The notes under the pieces are model-generated. The model was given only the letters and a program-made list of their open reading frames with translations, ran no database searches and was not told where the DNA came from. The position numbers were made by a program, and so were the translations under genes. Below are positions 18,554-28,329 of a DNA stretch of 64,000 nt, piece after piece. The DNA is from a bacterium. Its GTDB lineage: Bacteria > Krumholzibacteriota > Krumholzibacteriia > G020349025. Location: positions 1 through 64,000 of the forward strand of contig JANLSU010000073.1 in NCBI GenBank assembly GCA_031362565.1, given 5' to 3'. The first letter of the stretch is position 1, and the number at the start of each line of letters is the position of its first letter.

Positions 18554-19201
18554 ATGGGCTCGAAGATCAAACTGCTCGTGCCGCTCTGCCTCGTTCTGGT
18601 GGTTGTCGGATGGGATCTGTGGGGGCCGCACCACTCGAACCTGCGCGACTTCGACGCCGACGCTGTCGCCCGTCTGGAGACGCGGATGTGGCGCAACTAT
18701 TACGAAAAGCACGAAGGCGCCCTGTTTCGCGACATGGCGGTCTTGCTGCGCACCCAGTATCACTTGCCGTGGCTGCGCTCGTATCAAGTGGCGTACGAGG
18801 CAGCCCGCGCCGCGTTCGTCTTCAAGCGCGGCCGCATTCGTGCCGACTACGAAAAAGCGCTCCCGCCACTCCGCCGTTACTATGGGGCGATTCGCAAGGT
18901 GAGCGATACGCCGTTCGATCCCGAGCGCGCCGCGCGCCTCGAACTCGAGTGGTGGATCGTCCACCGGCAGCGCGAGATGCACGTGCCGGAGGATCTCGAC
19001 AAGGCCTTGGCCGCGGTGCAGGCGGAGCTCTATGCAATGCCTGCCGAGCGCTTCGCAGCGCATGCGCATTTGCGAGCCGCGGCGATGGCGCTGCGCGACA
19101 CGCAGGCGCAAGCGCAGGGCGTGAGCCCCGAAGACTGGCAACGCATCGAGGAACTTCTGCGCCAGTCCTGGGCCGACCTGGCGCGCGTGGTGCATTCTTG
19201 A
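18554..19201 (+). CDS. Hypothetical alpha-helical protein with N-terminal anchor
   Basis: Hydrophobic N-terminus, coding-like codon usage, overlaps the start of the next gene. Confidence 0.65.
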   Translation: MGSKIKLLVPLCLVLVVVGWDLWGPHHSNLRDFDADAVARLETRMWRNYYEKHEGALFRDMAVLLRTQYHLPWLRSYQVAYEAARAAFVFKRGRIRADYEKALPPLRRYYGAIRKVSDTPFDPERAARLELEWWIVHRQREMHVPEDLDKALAAVQAELYAMPAERFAAHAHLRAAAMALRDTQAQAQGVSPEDWQRIEELLRQSWADLARVVHS

Positions 19202-19977
19202 ATCGCCTTCGACGCGCGGCGCGCCTCGCCGTTGCGGGCGCGCTCGCGATGGTCTGCGGTGCGTGCGCCGGTTCGCGCCCCGCTCACGGCCGCGACGCCG
19301 CAGCAACGGCCGCCGGGCACGGCTCGAATGGCGTCGTGCTGTACGAGTCGCACTCGATCACCGGCGACACCGGCGCGGACACTCTCGTCACGTGGGTGGC
19401 CGAGGGCCGGGTTCGCGTCACGCATCGCGTCGGGGTCGCGATCCTGGATGCCACCAATGACCGGTTCGTGCTCCTCGACCCGGCGACCCGCACGGTGCGT
19501 GCGATGTCGCTTCTGGACTGGGAGGCCAAGCTGCGCGATGCCGTTCAAGCGGCCGTCGACAGCGCTCCCGGTGCGCCGCCCCATGCCGCCGTGTTGAGCT
19601 TCGAACCGGCAGGCGACGGTGGCAGCGTCGCGGGTTTCCAATGTGCACTCTTTCACTTGTTCACGACCCGCCAGCTTTTCCCCGGCGAATGGGAAGATGT
19701 CGAACAGGAAATCTGGGTCAGCCGCGATCTTGCACTCAGCGCCGGTGCTTTGGCGACGTACGAGCGCGTCCTCGAAAGCCTCGACTGGATCGGCCTCGAT
19801 GCGCGCGTCGAACGCCCACCGGGCATCGCGCTTCGAACGCGCATCCGCCGCCACTCGCACGCCGCGTCCCCCGGCGCCGACGAGGTCGAAACGAACGAAG
19901 TCTTTCGCGTCGAAAACCGCGCTGTCCCAGACAGCATCTTCGCGATCCCGCCCGGCTACTCGAACGCCGTGAAGTAG
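19198..19977 (+). CDS. Lipoprotein, DUF4412/GLPGLI-like
   Basis: TTG start overlapping the upstream stop; lipobox-like GAC; SVAGFQC, EIWVS, DSIFAIPPGY motifs. Confidence 0.65.
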   Translation: MNRLRRAARLAVAGALAMVCGACAGSRPAHGRDAAATAAGHGSNGVVLYESHSITGDTGADTLVTWVAEGRVRVTHRVGVAILDATNDRFVLLDPATRTVRAMSLLDWEAKLRDAVQAAVDSAPGAPPHAAVLSFEPAGDGGSVAGFQCALFHLFTTRQLFPGEWEDVEQEIWVSRDLALSAGALATYERVLESLDWIGLDARVERPPGIALRTRIRRHSHAASPGADEVETNEVFRVENRAVPDSIFAIPPGYSNAVK

Positions 19978-20054
19978 GCGCCCGCCGCCGAGGTCATCTT
20001 CCCAGGTCCGAGGTGCGGACGTACCTTGGAGGAATTGGCTATGGAGGGTGCGCC

Positions 20055-20678
20055 GTGCCGAGTGGACGTCAGGTCATCCCCATCGCGGTCCTGGGCGAGG
20101 ACGCACTGGCGCGCGCCGGGCTTGCCGGCGGCCTGGGCCGGGAGCTGGGACTGCAGGTGGTAGGGCAATTCTCGCCGCTCGATGCGCGGGAGGCGGCGGC
20201 GAGTCGGGCGCGCGTATTGCTTTGGGATGCCGGAACCGCCCCGCAGTTCGCGCCCGAAGCGCTGGACCGGGAATTAGCGATTCCCGTCCTGGCGCTCGTC
20301 ACGCAGGCGCGCATGGCGGCGGACGCGTTGGCAGCCGGGGTGCGTGGGGTGCTGCGACGCGACGCAACACCGCCGCGCATTGCCGCGGCAATTCAAGCGC
20401 TCGCGGCCGGTCTCATGGTCCTCGATCCGGTTTTCGCGGCCGCACTCCATCCGGCGCGTTCCGAACGCGGCCGGCCGATCGACCCGCTGACGCCGCGCGA
20501 GACCGAAGTCTTGCAGCACTTGGTGCGCGGCTTGTCCAACAAGCAGATTGCTGCGGCATTGCACATCAGCGAACACACCGCGAAATTCCACGTCAACGCC
20601 GTCTACTCGAAGCTCGGGGTGAGCGGCCGCACCGATGCCGTCGTTCGCGCCGCACGTCTGGGCCTCGTCGTACTCTAA
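20055..20678 (+). CDS. NarL/LuxR family response regulator
   Basis: LTPRETEVLQHLVRGLSNKQIAAALHISEHTAKFHV HTH; N-terminal receiver-like domain; RBS GGAGG with GTG start. Confidence 0.9.
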   Translation: MPSGRQVIPIAVLGEDALARAGLAGGLGRELGLQVVGQFSPLDAREAAASRARVLLWDAGTAPQFAPEALDRELAIPVLALVTQARMAADALAAGVRGVLRRDATPPRIAAAIQALAAGLMVLDPVFAAALHPARSERGRPIDPLTPRETEVLQHLVRGLSNKQIAAALHISEHTAKFHVNAVYSKLGVSGRTDAVVRAARLGLVVL

Positions 20679-20846
20679 TCAGCGCATTCGACGCGACGAC
20701 CTGCCCGATCGGGCAGGAGGATTCCCGCCTGTCCGGCTGATGTGCGCCGGCAGCTTGCCGCCGTACGTTCTGCACGAGTTCGCGCGGTGGCAACGGGACT
20801 GCGAACGCAGTGCCGTAACCCGCGCCCCCTTCGCTTGGAGGCGGCC

Positions 20847-21743
20847 GTGAAACAGAACGTCATTGGATCCAACGCTCTTGCAGATGCAGTCGAGCGCGCG
20901 GCGGCCGGCGTCGTCAGGGTCGAAGCGCGGCCGCGAATTGCGTCATCCGGCATCGCCTGGGCGCCGGATCTCGTGGTGACCGCCGATCACACCCTCGAAC
21001 GCGACGACGCCATTCGGGTCACGGCGCCCGACGGCACCCTTTTCCCCGCCACCGTCCTCGGCCGGGAGCCGGCGCTGGATGTCGCCGTGCTGCGCATCGA
21101 AGGTGGCGTCTTGCAGCCTGCCACCTTGGTCGAAAGCGAGTCGGCGCGAGCCGGACATGTGGCACTGGTCGTGTCGCGCGCCGGAGTTACGCCGCGCGCG
21201 TCGCTCGGTATCGTCAGCGTTACGGGTGGGGAATGGCGCACCTGGGGCGGGGCGCGCGTCGAACGCAAGCTGTGTTCAGACGTCCGGCCGTACCCCGGCT
21301 TCTCGGGCAGCATGCTGGCCGACGCCGAGGGACGGGCGCTCGGCATGAACACGTCGCGCCTGTCGCGTGGTGCCGCGGTGGCGCTGCCGGCGGTCACGTT
21401 GCGCCGCATCGTCGAGCAAATCCTTACACACGGCGGCGTGCAACGCGGCTTCTTGGGCGTCGGCACGCTGCCGGTGCGCTTGCCCGCCGGCTTCGAAGCA
21501 ACCGTCGGCCGGCCATCGGCGCTGCTGGTCGTCTCGGTCCAAGCGGGCAGTCCCGCGGACACTGCCGGAGTGTTGTTGGGCGATGTTGTCGTTGCACTGG
21601 GCGCGACACCGATCGCGCGCGTCCCGGATCTGCTTTCGGCACTCGACGAGGCGCCATCCGGCGAGCAGCGGTCACTGCATGTCCTGCGAGGCGGCGAGCC
21701 GCGCACCCTTGAAGTGACGCTCGGTGCCCGCGACGCGGCGTAA
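20847..21743 (+). CDS. S1C (HtrA/DegP-like) serine protease with PDZ domain
   Basis: VTADH, DVAVL, PGFSGS triad; GFLGV PDZ start. Confidence 0.88.
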   Translation: MKQNVIGSNALADAVERAAAGVVRVEARPRIASSGIAWAPDLVVTADHTLERDDAIRVTAPDGTLFPATVLGREPALDVAVLRIEGGVLQPATLVESESARAGHVALVVSRAGVTPRASLGIVSVTGGEWRTWGGARVERKLCSDVRPYPGFSGSMLADAEGRALGMNTSRLSRGAAVALPAVTLRRIVEQILTHGGVQRGFLGVGTLPVRLPAGFEATVGRPSALLVVSVQAGSPADTAGVLLGDVVVALGATPIARVPDLLSALDEAPSGEQRSLHVLRGGEPRTLEVTLGARDAA

Positions 21744-21751
21744 GGCGAGAC

Positions 21752-22654
21752 ATGAACACACTGCGCACCTTATCCGACGAGCTGGAAGCGCTCGTCGCCC
21801 GCGTCACACCGGCGGTCGCGGGTATTGCGCACCGGCAAGGGCAAGGCACGGGCCTCGTGCTGGCGCCCGATGGCTGGGTGCTCACCAACTGCCATGTGGT
21901 GCGCGAGTCCGCCGACTTGCGCGTCGAATTGGTGCAGGGCGGCGAGATGCAGGGCGAAATCGTCGGTACGGACGAGCGCACCGATCTGGCGGTCGTGCGC
22001 GTTGGCGCACGCGATCTCGTGCACTTGCCGCTCGCCGAGCGCAACCGGGTGCGGGTCGGACAACTCGTCGTCGCGATCGGCAATCCCTTGCACTTCGATC
22101 GTTCGGTGAGCCTGGGCGTCGTGAGCGCGCTCGATCGCAGCCTGCCGCTGCCGAGCGGACACTTGCTGGAGGGACTCGTACAGACCGACGCCGCGATCAA
22201 TCCCGGCAATTCGGGTGGCCCGTTGTTGGATGCGGATGGCGCGGTCGTGGGCATCAACACGGCGGTTATTCCGGCCGCGCAGGGGATGGGTTTTGCGGTG
22301 CCGGCCCACACCGCGCACTGGATCGCGGCCGTTCTCATGCAGCGCGGCACCATCGAGCGGCCGTTCCTCGGGCTCGCGGCGCGCGGCGTCGAGTTGGAGC
22401 CGGCAATGGCGCGCGATTTGGAACGCGGTCGTGCCGTGCGGGTGTTTCGCGTCGGCGCGTCGACGCCGGCGGAAGCGGCCGGACTGCGTGACGGCGATCT
22501 TTTGCTCGCCGCCAACGAAACACCGATTGCCAGTGTGGATGACTTGCAACGGGTGCTCGTCCTCGGGCGCAGCACCGAGGTCCGGCTCGACGTCATGCGC
22601 GGCGCGACGCGGCATGCCATCGTGGCCCGCCCGTCGGCAGCCGTCACGGTTTAG
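21752..22654 (+). CDS. S1C (HtrA/DegP-like) serine protease with PDZ domain
   Basis: LTNCH, DLAVV, QTDAAINPGNSGGP; PFLGL PDZ. Confidence 0.93.
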   Translation: MNTLRTLSDELEALVARVTPAVAGIAHRQGQGTGLVLAPDGWVLTNCHVVRESADLRVELVQGGEMQGEIVGTDERTDLAVVRVGARDLVHLPLAERNRVRVGQLVVAIGNPLHFDRSVSLGVVSALDRSLPLPSGHLLEGLVQTDAAINPGNSGGPLLDADGAVVGINTAVIPAAQGMGFAVPAHTAHWIAAVLMQRGTIERPFLGLAARGVELEPAMARDLERGRAVRVFRVGASTPAEAAGLRDGDLLLAANETPIASVDDLQRVLVLGRSTEVRLDVMRGATRHAIVARPSAAVTV

Positions 22655-23385
22655 CGATACATTCCTTTGACGGCGCCCCAGGAGGACGGCTGCACAGCGG
22701 TCGCCCGGCAGGGTGCCTGAATACTCGTGCCTGAGGGTGGATTCAAGAGGAAGAAGCCGCTCGTCGAACACTGGGCCGGATCACCGTGCGGGCCGTCGAG
22801 GTTGGCGCAGAACGTCACGTCGTCGCCCAGGCAGACCTTCGTGTACACCGGCGCATCGCAGAGGGTCGCCAGCGGACAACGGAAGAAGCCATTGCCGGGT
22901 GTGTCGTGGTCGGTCCCCAAAAGCCGTAGCACGTCCGTGCCGCAGCCGGTGTTGGTGACGCGGACCGTTTCGATCAACAGTTCGTGGTCGTCGCCACGCT
23001 GGCAGTGACTCCATGCCATGTTGATGCCGCGGTGCCGGTTGCGTCGTGGCGCAATGGCCCGTTCGTCCGGCGGACCGAAGAGACCCTGCCCGATCTCGAT
23101 CGTGGCGTCGGCCGCAAAGGTCTCCAGGAAGGTCCAACCTGGATCGGCATTGCCGTCGGCGCCGATTTGCATGCCCAATTCGAGTCCGGTGATTCCCGGG
23201 CGGGTCGCGCCGTGCAACGACACGTAGATGTTCAACTGCCGCGTCTCGCCGCAGGCAATGAACCCCCCACATGTGTGCGGATCCATCTCGATGCGAATTT
23301 CACCGTCATTGGCCAGCGCGGTGTTCGGCAGGAGAAACGCGAGAGCCAGCGCCAACACCGATCCGCACCGATCTTTGGAATTCAT
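22651..23385 (-). CDS. Secreted Cys-rich hypothetical protein with C-terminal WGAVKGMYR tail
   Basis: RBS GGAGG; signal peptide ending ALA; about 10 Cys; C-terminal motif shared with two other proteins here. Confidence 0.75.
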   Translation of the reverse strand: MNSKDRCGSVLALALAFLLPNTALANDGEIRIEMDPHTCGGFIACGETRQLNIYVSLHGATRPGITGLELGMQIGADGNADPGWTFLETFAADATIEIGQGLFGPPDERAIAPRRNRHRGINMAWSHCQRGDDHELLIETVRVTNTGCGTDVLRLLGTDHDTPGNGFFRCPLATLCDAPVYTKVCLGDDVTFCANLDGPHGDPAQCSTSGFFLLNPPSGTSIQAPCRATAVQPSSWGAVKGMYR

Positions 23386-23453
23386 CGTTCGACCTCCAGC
23401 GGTAGGCAGCGAGCTTAATATAGGCTGCATCGGCTGCCGGGCGCCAGAACGTT

Positions 23454-23903
23454 TCAGCCTTCGCCGGCCGGGCGCGCCGGCAGGGGCCCGCCCTCGACGG
23501 ATTCCAGGCCGCGGCGCAGCCAGTCGGGGACCGGCATCGGGGCGTGCAGTGCGTAGTCGTACGTGACCTGGACGCTCGTCGCTTCCACCACCAGGCGGCC
23601 GCTCGCGGCGTCGCGAATTTCGTAGACCATGCCCCACGAACTGCGGCCGAGCCACGCGGTGCGCAGGAAGACGCGCAGCGTTTCGCCGGTACGCGCCGGA
23701 CTGCGAAAATCGAGGGCCACGTGCGCCAGAATGAACGGCACGCGATCGTACGGCACATCGGCGGCGACGCGTGTCCAGTACGACTGCCGTGCCACCTCGA
23801 GGTAGGTCAAGTACACGGAGTTGTTGACGTGTCCCATGGCGTCGGAGTCGCGGAAGCGAATTTCGACGTCCGCCCAATGCGTGAATGCGCCCACGGTGCT
23901 CAC
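23454..23903 (-). CDS. Acyl-CoA thioesterase (4HBT/YbgC hotdog fold)
   Basis: RFRDSDAMGHVNNSVYLTYLEVAR motif. Confidence 0.92.
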   Translation of the reverse strand: MSTVGAFTHWADVEIRFRDSDAMGHVNNSVYLTYLEVARQSYWTRVAADVPYDRVPFILAHVALDFRSPARTGETLRVFLRTAWLGRSSWGMVYEIRDAASGRLVVEATSVQVTYDYALHAPMPVPDWLRRGLESVEGGPLPARPAGEG

Positions 23904-25471
23904 GCCTCCGACGGCGTCACGCCGAGGGCGCGCTCGAGCAGGGCGCGATCACCTTGGAACGCGGTGCGCTGCATGTAGAAATCCAACGCCCGCTCGCCGC
24001 CCAATTCTTCGCCGCCGCCGGCTCGTCCCGGTCCACCGTGGACGCACGACGGCAGGACCGCGCCGGGTGGCGTCGCTTGTTCGGCGATCTTGGCGCTGCC
24101 GCAATAAACGCGGCCGCTGTACGGCGCCAGTTCGAGCAACAACGCATCCATGATGGCCCGGTCATCGGTATACGCGGTCGTGACCAACGTCCCGCCGCCG
24201 CGGGCGACGAGGCCCGCGACATCGGCTTCGTCTTTGTAAGGCATGAGGGTGAGAACCGGTCCGAAGACCTCGTGCTCGTGAACCGCCTGGGCAGCGTGAG
24301 CATCGTCGGCGCGCAGCAAGACGGGGCCGAGGAAGAATCCCTTGCCCGCCGGCACGCCGAGCGGCTGCACCTCGCTCGCACTGCCGAAGACGATGCGCGC
24401 CCCCGATTGCACGAGGCGGGCGATGCCGGCGCGCGCGTCGCGCAACTGCTGGGCGGTGGCGAGCGGGCCCATGCGCACCTCGTCGAGCGCCGGATCACCA
24501 ATCTTGAGACCGGTGAGATGCTCGGCGAGGTCGTCTTGCACCGCGTCGAGGCGCGCCGCCGGGACGAACACCCGGCGGGTGGCGGTGCACTTCTGGCCGG
24601 CCTTCTGCGTCATCTCGCGGATCACGTCGCGGACGAACATTTGGTAAGTGTCGCTGCCCGGCTCGACGTCGCGCCCCAGCACGGCGGCGTTCAAGCTGTC
24701 GGCTTCGATGTTGACACGCAGCGAACGCACGACGACCGCCGGCAAGGAGCGCATGTGTGGGGCGGTCGCCGATCCGCCCGTGAAGGCGAGAACATCCTGC
24801 GCGCCCAGGTGATCGAGCAGATCCCCGGCGGGGCCACACACCATCTGCAGGACACCAGGCGGAAGTTGTGCCGCGTCGACGAGGCGCTCCATGACCCGAA
24901 ACGCCAGGAGCGCCGTTGCTGTTGCCGGCTTGGTCACGACCGGCACCCCGGCGAGCAGTGCGACCGCCGCCTTCTCGGCCATGCCCCAGGCCGGGAAGTT
25001 GAATGCATTGACGTGCACGGCGACGCCGCGCCGCGGGGTCTTGACGTGATAACCCCAAAAACGCGGCGAGCGTGACAATTGCTCGCCGGCGCCTTCCAAC
25101 AGCACCCGCACGGCGCCTAGTTTCTGGCCGAGTCCGGCATAGTAGGCGAGCGTTCCGGTGGCGCCGTCGATATCGAACTTGGCATCACCGCGGGTCGTGC
25201 CGCCGCTCGAGATCGACGCTTCAATGAGTGCGTCGCGCACCTCGAACAACGTCTTGCTCATGCGCTTCAAGAGTTCGCCGCGTTCCGCGAAGGTCATGGC
25301 GCGGAGCGCTGGACCGCCGACGGTACGTGCATGCTCGAGCGCCGCCCGCAGATCCAGACCGGCCGTGCTCGCCCGGGCCACGGGTTCCTCGGTGGCGGGA
25401 TTCAAGAGCGTCACGAAATCGCCCGAACCCTCGCGCCAACCCTCCTGCAAGAAACTCTTCAGGGTGATCAT
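23900..25471 (-). CDS. PaaZ/BoxD-type aldehyde dehydrogenase (3,4-dehydroadipyl-CoA semialdehyde dehydrogenase-like), no MaoC domain
   Basis: HVNAFNFPAWG, FTGGSAT, EADSLN, KAGQKCTA catalytic Cys, EVFGP, HGGPGRAGGGEELGG. Confidence 0.88.
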   Translation of the reverse strand: MITLKSFLQEGWREGSGDFVTLLNPATEEPVARASTAGLDLRAALEHARTVGGPALRAMTFAERGELLKRMSKTLFEVRDALIEASISSGGTTRGDAKFDIDGATGTLAYYAGLGQKLGAVRVLLEGAGEQLSRSPRFWGYHVKTPRRGVAVHVNAFNFPAWGMAEKAAVALLAGVPVVTKPATATALLAFRVMERLVDAAQLPPGVLQMVCGPAGDLLDHLGAQDVLAFTGGSATAPHMRSLPAVVVRSLRVNIEADSLNAAVLGRDVEPGSDTYQMFVRDVIREMTQKAGQKCTATRRVFVPAARLDAVQDDLAEHLTGLKIGDPALDEVRMGPLATAQQLRDARAGIARLVQSGARIVFGSASEVQPLGVPAGKGFFLGPVLLRADDAHAAQAVHEHEVFGPVLTLMPYKDEADVAGLVARGGGTLVTTAYTDDRAIMDALLLELAPYSGRVYCGSAKIAEQATPPGAVLPSCVHGGPGRAGGGEELGGERALDFYMQRTAFQGDRALLERALGVTPSEA

Positions 25472-25533
25472 GCCGCCTCCACGGATGCCGTCGTACAGAT
25501 CCCAGCATTTCGCCCAAGGATCATAACCCAAAC

Positions 25534-28140
25534 TCAGCGGACAATGACGAGCTTGCCGACGAAGCGTGCGAAGCCGGGCATATCGCACTCGACCGTGAAG
25601 AGATACAGGCCGCTCGTCACGTCCTGCCCGTTGCGGGAGACGAGATTCCACGCCAGGCTGCCGTTGCCGTTCCGGCCGTCGAACGGCATCTCGCGCACCC
25701 GGTCCCCGGCAAGAGTCCACACCGTGACTTTGCCGAGGGCGCGTGGCAGGTGATGGAACTCGATCTTCACGCCGGTTGGGTCGTCGTTGTTGGGCGCGAG
25801 CTGCCAAGCGGCGAGGCTTTGGGGTGTCGCCGGATTGGGCACCGCATAAATCTCCTGGCTGGCTTCGACGGCGCGTTCCGGCGGCAGTGCCGTAGACGGG
25901 GGCACGACGTATACGAAGTTGCCGTTCGGCAAGCCGGCGAGACCCGGTCCCGACACCTGGTGCGTGTGCGGATCGAAAATGTGATCCGTGCAGGTCACGG
26001 CATAGAATTCGTGCATGCCGCTCTTGGGTCCGGGTTTGGTGGGCCGGCAAACACCCGTGTCGTCGCAACGGGCGGCACGCAACACGCCGTTGACCAGGAG
26101 CGGCGGGCAGCGGCGATTCCCCGGGCAAGGCGCGGTTGCAGTGGTATTGGGCAAGAACGGCGGGTCGACAAAGCAATGATAGTGCTGGCCCCGCGCCAGG
26201 GCTTGTGCCGTATCCAAGTCGGCGCTCGTGTAGCCGGGCAAGTCCGGCGGCGGTTCGTGCGGATGGGTCGCGAACCAATCGCGGTAGAAACGCACCGCCA
26301 AGTCGGAAACATGCGGCTGATAGTCGATCGGCGCGAGTCCGGTGTTCGATCCGACGACGTTGTCCGCGAGGTCATACTCGGCCAGCATCGACCACGACTC
26401 GGCGGGGGGCCCGATCTCCTCGTTGGTGCCCGGCGGGCGGGTCCAGCCGTCGGCGCGCCACACCCGGTACGACTCGAAGTCGGCGATCTGACCGACGGGG
26501 TCGAGCGCGGTTTCGCTGCGGTCATCCCAATACAGTTCGACGCGATCCTCGTACGCTACCGAACGGAAGTGTGGCGGGGGCGGCGGCGACTGCGCCTGCC
26601 ACGGGATCCAGCACTCTTTGCCGTCCACACCGGTCATCACACCGGATGCTTCGTCCCTGCAATCTTGGTTTACGAAGAGGCAGCCGTTGTCCGGGACCGT
26701 GCCGAAGCAGGTGTGGTCGAATGGCAGACAGGTCCTGCACGAGTTGAACTCAAATCTGCCGCGGCGCTCGGGCCCACAGATAGCGGTTTCGTGCCCATTG
26801 ACGCCGGTCTGCCGATTATGATCACAGTCTTCCCAACCGCCGTTGTGCAACAGCTGCACTCGAGCGACGTTGTCGAGCAGCGCATCGAGTCCCGCCCCGA
26901 AGACGAGTGCAGCTTGGAATTGGAGCGTCTCACCGGGGGGCAAACTCGCGAAGGGCCCGGCGGACACTGCGACGCGTGAGTCGCCTTCGGTGTTCGAAAT
27001 GACCGCATGGCGAACGACATCCGGCTCCGGCGGCGGCATGGATCGCGGCGCTGTGCCCTCCATGACTTGATAGCGTTCGTCGTCATCGGTTGGATCGCCA
27101 CCCGTCGAGAAATTCGCGGTGCCAAGGAAGAACCGGCAGTTGCGCACATGCATCGGCCGGTTGACGCTTTCGTCCAGCGACTCTTGTGAACCCAGGAACA
27201 CGAATCCTACGTAGCCCGGGGCGCGGCCGGCGTCACCGTCGCCGTCGTACATGTACTCGACTTCGACATGCACCTTGCGCTCCCCACTGCCGGTGCGCAA
27301 CGTCCGGGTGCCTTCCCAATAGCCCGTGCGGTCGTCGGCGCCCGACGCATCGGCGTCGCGCGGGCCGATGTTGAAGTCGGCGAGGAAACCCACGTAGACG
27401 TCCTCCAGCACCTCGATACTGCGATTGCGGATTTGGAAGTCGAAGCCGATGCAGTTGCGCGCCGTTTCTCCTTCCCAGGCGAAGGACGACTGCCGGACCA
27501 CAATCCCGAGCGGGCGATGATCCGGGAGCGCGAGCGCGATGCGCGGATCGTCGTCGGCGTACACGCAGGAGAACATTTGATCCGAGATGGCGGCGAAGTC
27601 TTCGTCGACCCGGCCATCGCCATCGTTGTCGCGCCCATCGAGCGGATCCTCGTCGATCTGGCCGTCGTGGTCATCGTCGGCGTCGTTGGCCGGCGGGCGG
27701 CTGCCGTTCGTCGCGAGTTCGCGCGTCCGGTACATGCGGTCCACTTCGGCGTTCCCAGGGCGGAATTCGAACCCGACGTGTCCGGGTGTTTGCACGATGC
27801 CCGACACGAGATGCGTATCGTTCTTGACGGCTCCAACCCACAGGCCGGCGGCGAAGAGATATTCGACCCCGCTGCCCGCGGGCCATTGCGCGGATGGGGC
27901 GTCGGAATAACGCGCCTGGGTGCCAGGCAATGAGCCGATGAGGCCAAAATTGGTCACATTCATCAACACCGAGTTGACGTTGTGGACGAACTTGCCGTCG
28001 AGTTCTTGGGCGTCGACGCGTGGCGGCGGCGTGGCACCAGGAGCCGCGACTGCGACGGGCGGCATGACGCCGGCGGTCGCGAAGACAGCCGTGAGAGCGA
28101 TCATGACCCGTTGGGCGGCCAGCGAGAACCGCGGCGGCAT
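25534..28140 (-). CDS. Large secreted protein with Asp-rich Ca-binding loop, Cys-rich inserts and T9SS/FlgD-like C-terminal domain
   Basis: Signal peptide; DDDHDGQIDEDPLDGRDNDGDGRVDED; C-terminal IYAVPNP...WNLVSRNGQDVTSGLYLF...GKLVIVR. Confidence 0.8.
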   Translation of the reverse strand: MPPRFSLAAQRVMIALTAVFATAGVMPPVAVAAPGATPPPRVDAQELDGKFVHNVNSVLMNVTNFGLIGSLPGTQARYSDAPSAQWPAGSGVEYLFAAGLWVGAVKNDTHLVSGIVQTPGHVGFEFRPGNAEVDRMYRTRELATNGSRPPANDADDDHDGQIDEDPLDGRDNDGDGRVDEDFAAISDQMFSCVYADDDPRIALALPDHRPLGIVVRQSSFAWEGETARNCIGFDFQIRNRSIEVLEDVYVGFLADFNIGPRDADASGADDRTGYWEGTRTLRTGSGERKVHVEVEYMYDGDGDAGRAPGYVGFVFLGSQESLDESVNRPMHVRNCRFFLGTANFSTGGDPTDDDERYQVMEGTAPRSMPPPEPDVVRHAVISNTEGDSRVAVSAGPFASLPPGETLQFQAALVFGAGLDALLDNVARVQLLHNGGWEDCDHNRQTGVNGHETAICGPERRGRFEFNSCRTCLPFDHTCFGTVPDNGCLFVNQDCRDEASGVMTGVDGKECWIPWQAQSPPPPPHFRSVAYEDRVELYWDDRSETALDPVGQIADFESYRVWRADGWTRPPGTNEEIGPPAESWSMLAEYDLADNVVGSNTGLAPIDYQPHVSDLAVRFYRDWFATHPHEPPPDLPGYTSADLDTAQALARGQHYHCFVDPPFLPNTTATAPCPGNRRCPPLLVNGVLRAARCDDTGVCRPTKPGPKSGMHEFYAVTCTDHIFDPHTHQVSGPGLAGLPNGNFVYVVPPSTALPPERAVEASQEIYAVPNPATPQSLAAWQLAPNNDDPTGVKIEFHHLPRALGKVTVWTLAGDRVREMPFDGRNGNGSLAWNLVSRNGQDVTSGLYLFTVECDMPGFARFVGKLVIVR

Positions 28141-28207
28141 GCGAATCCTTCCGCGTGCGTGACGGCTCATGGGGGGAGCGGCACGGGAACTTGTCCGTGA
28201 TCCGGTG

Positions 28208-28278
28208 ACCGTAGGCCGGGTGCTGGATGTTGTCAAGGCGGCGCCTCCCTTGTTCGGCGCCCGCGCCGTCACTATGCT
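28208..28278. promoter_or_regulatory. Divergent sigma-70 promoters
   Basis: Minus strand TTGACA(28236-28231)-N17-TACGGT; plus strand TTGTTC(28250-28255)-N17-TATGCT(28273-28278). Confidence 0.55.
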
Positions 28279-28329
28279 GTGCGAGATGTTTCGCAGGCAT
28301 TTCGACGCACTCGAGCGAGGATGGTGGCC

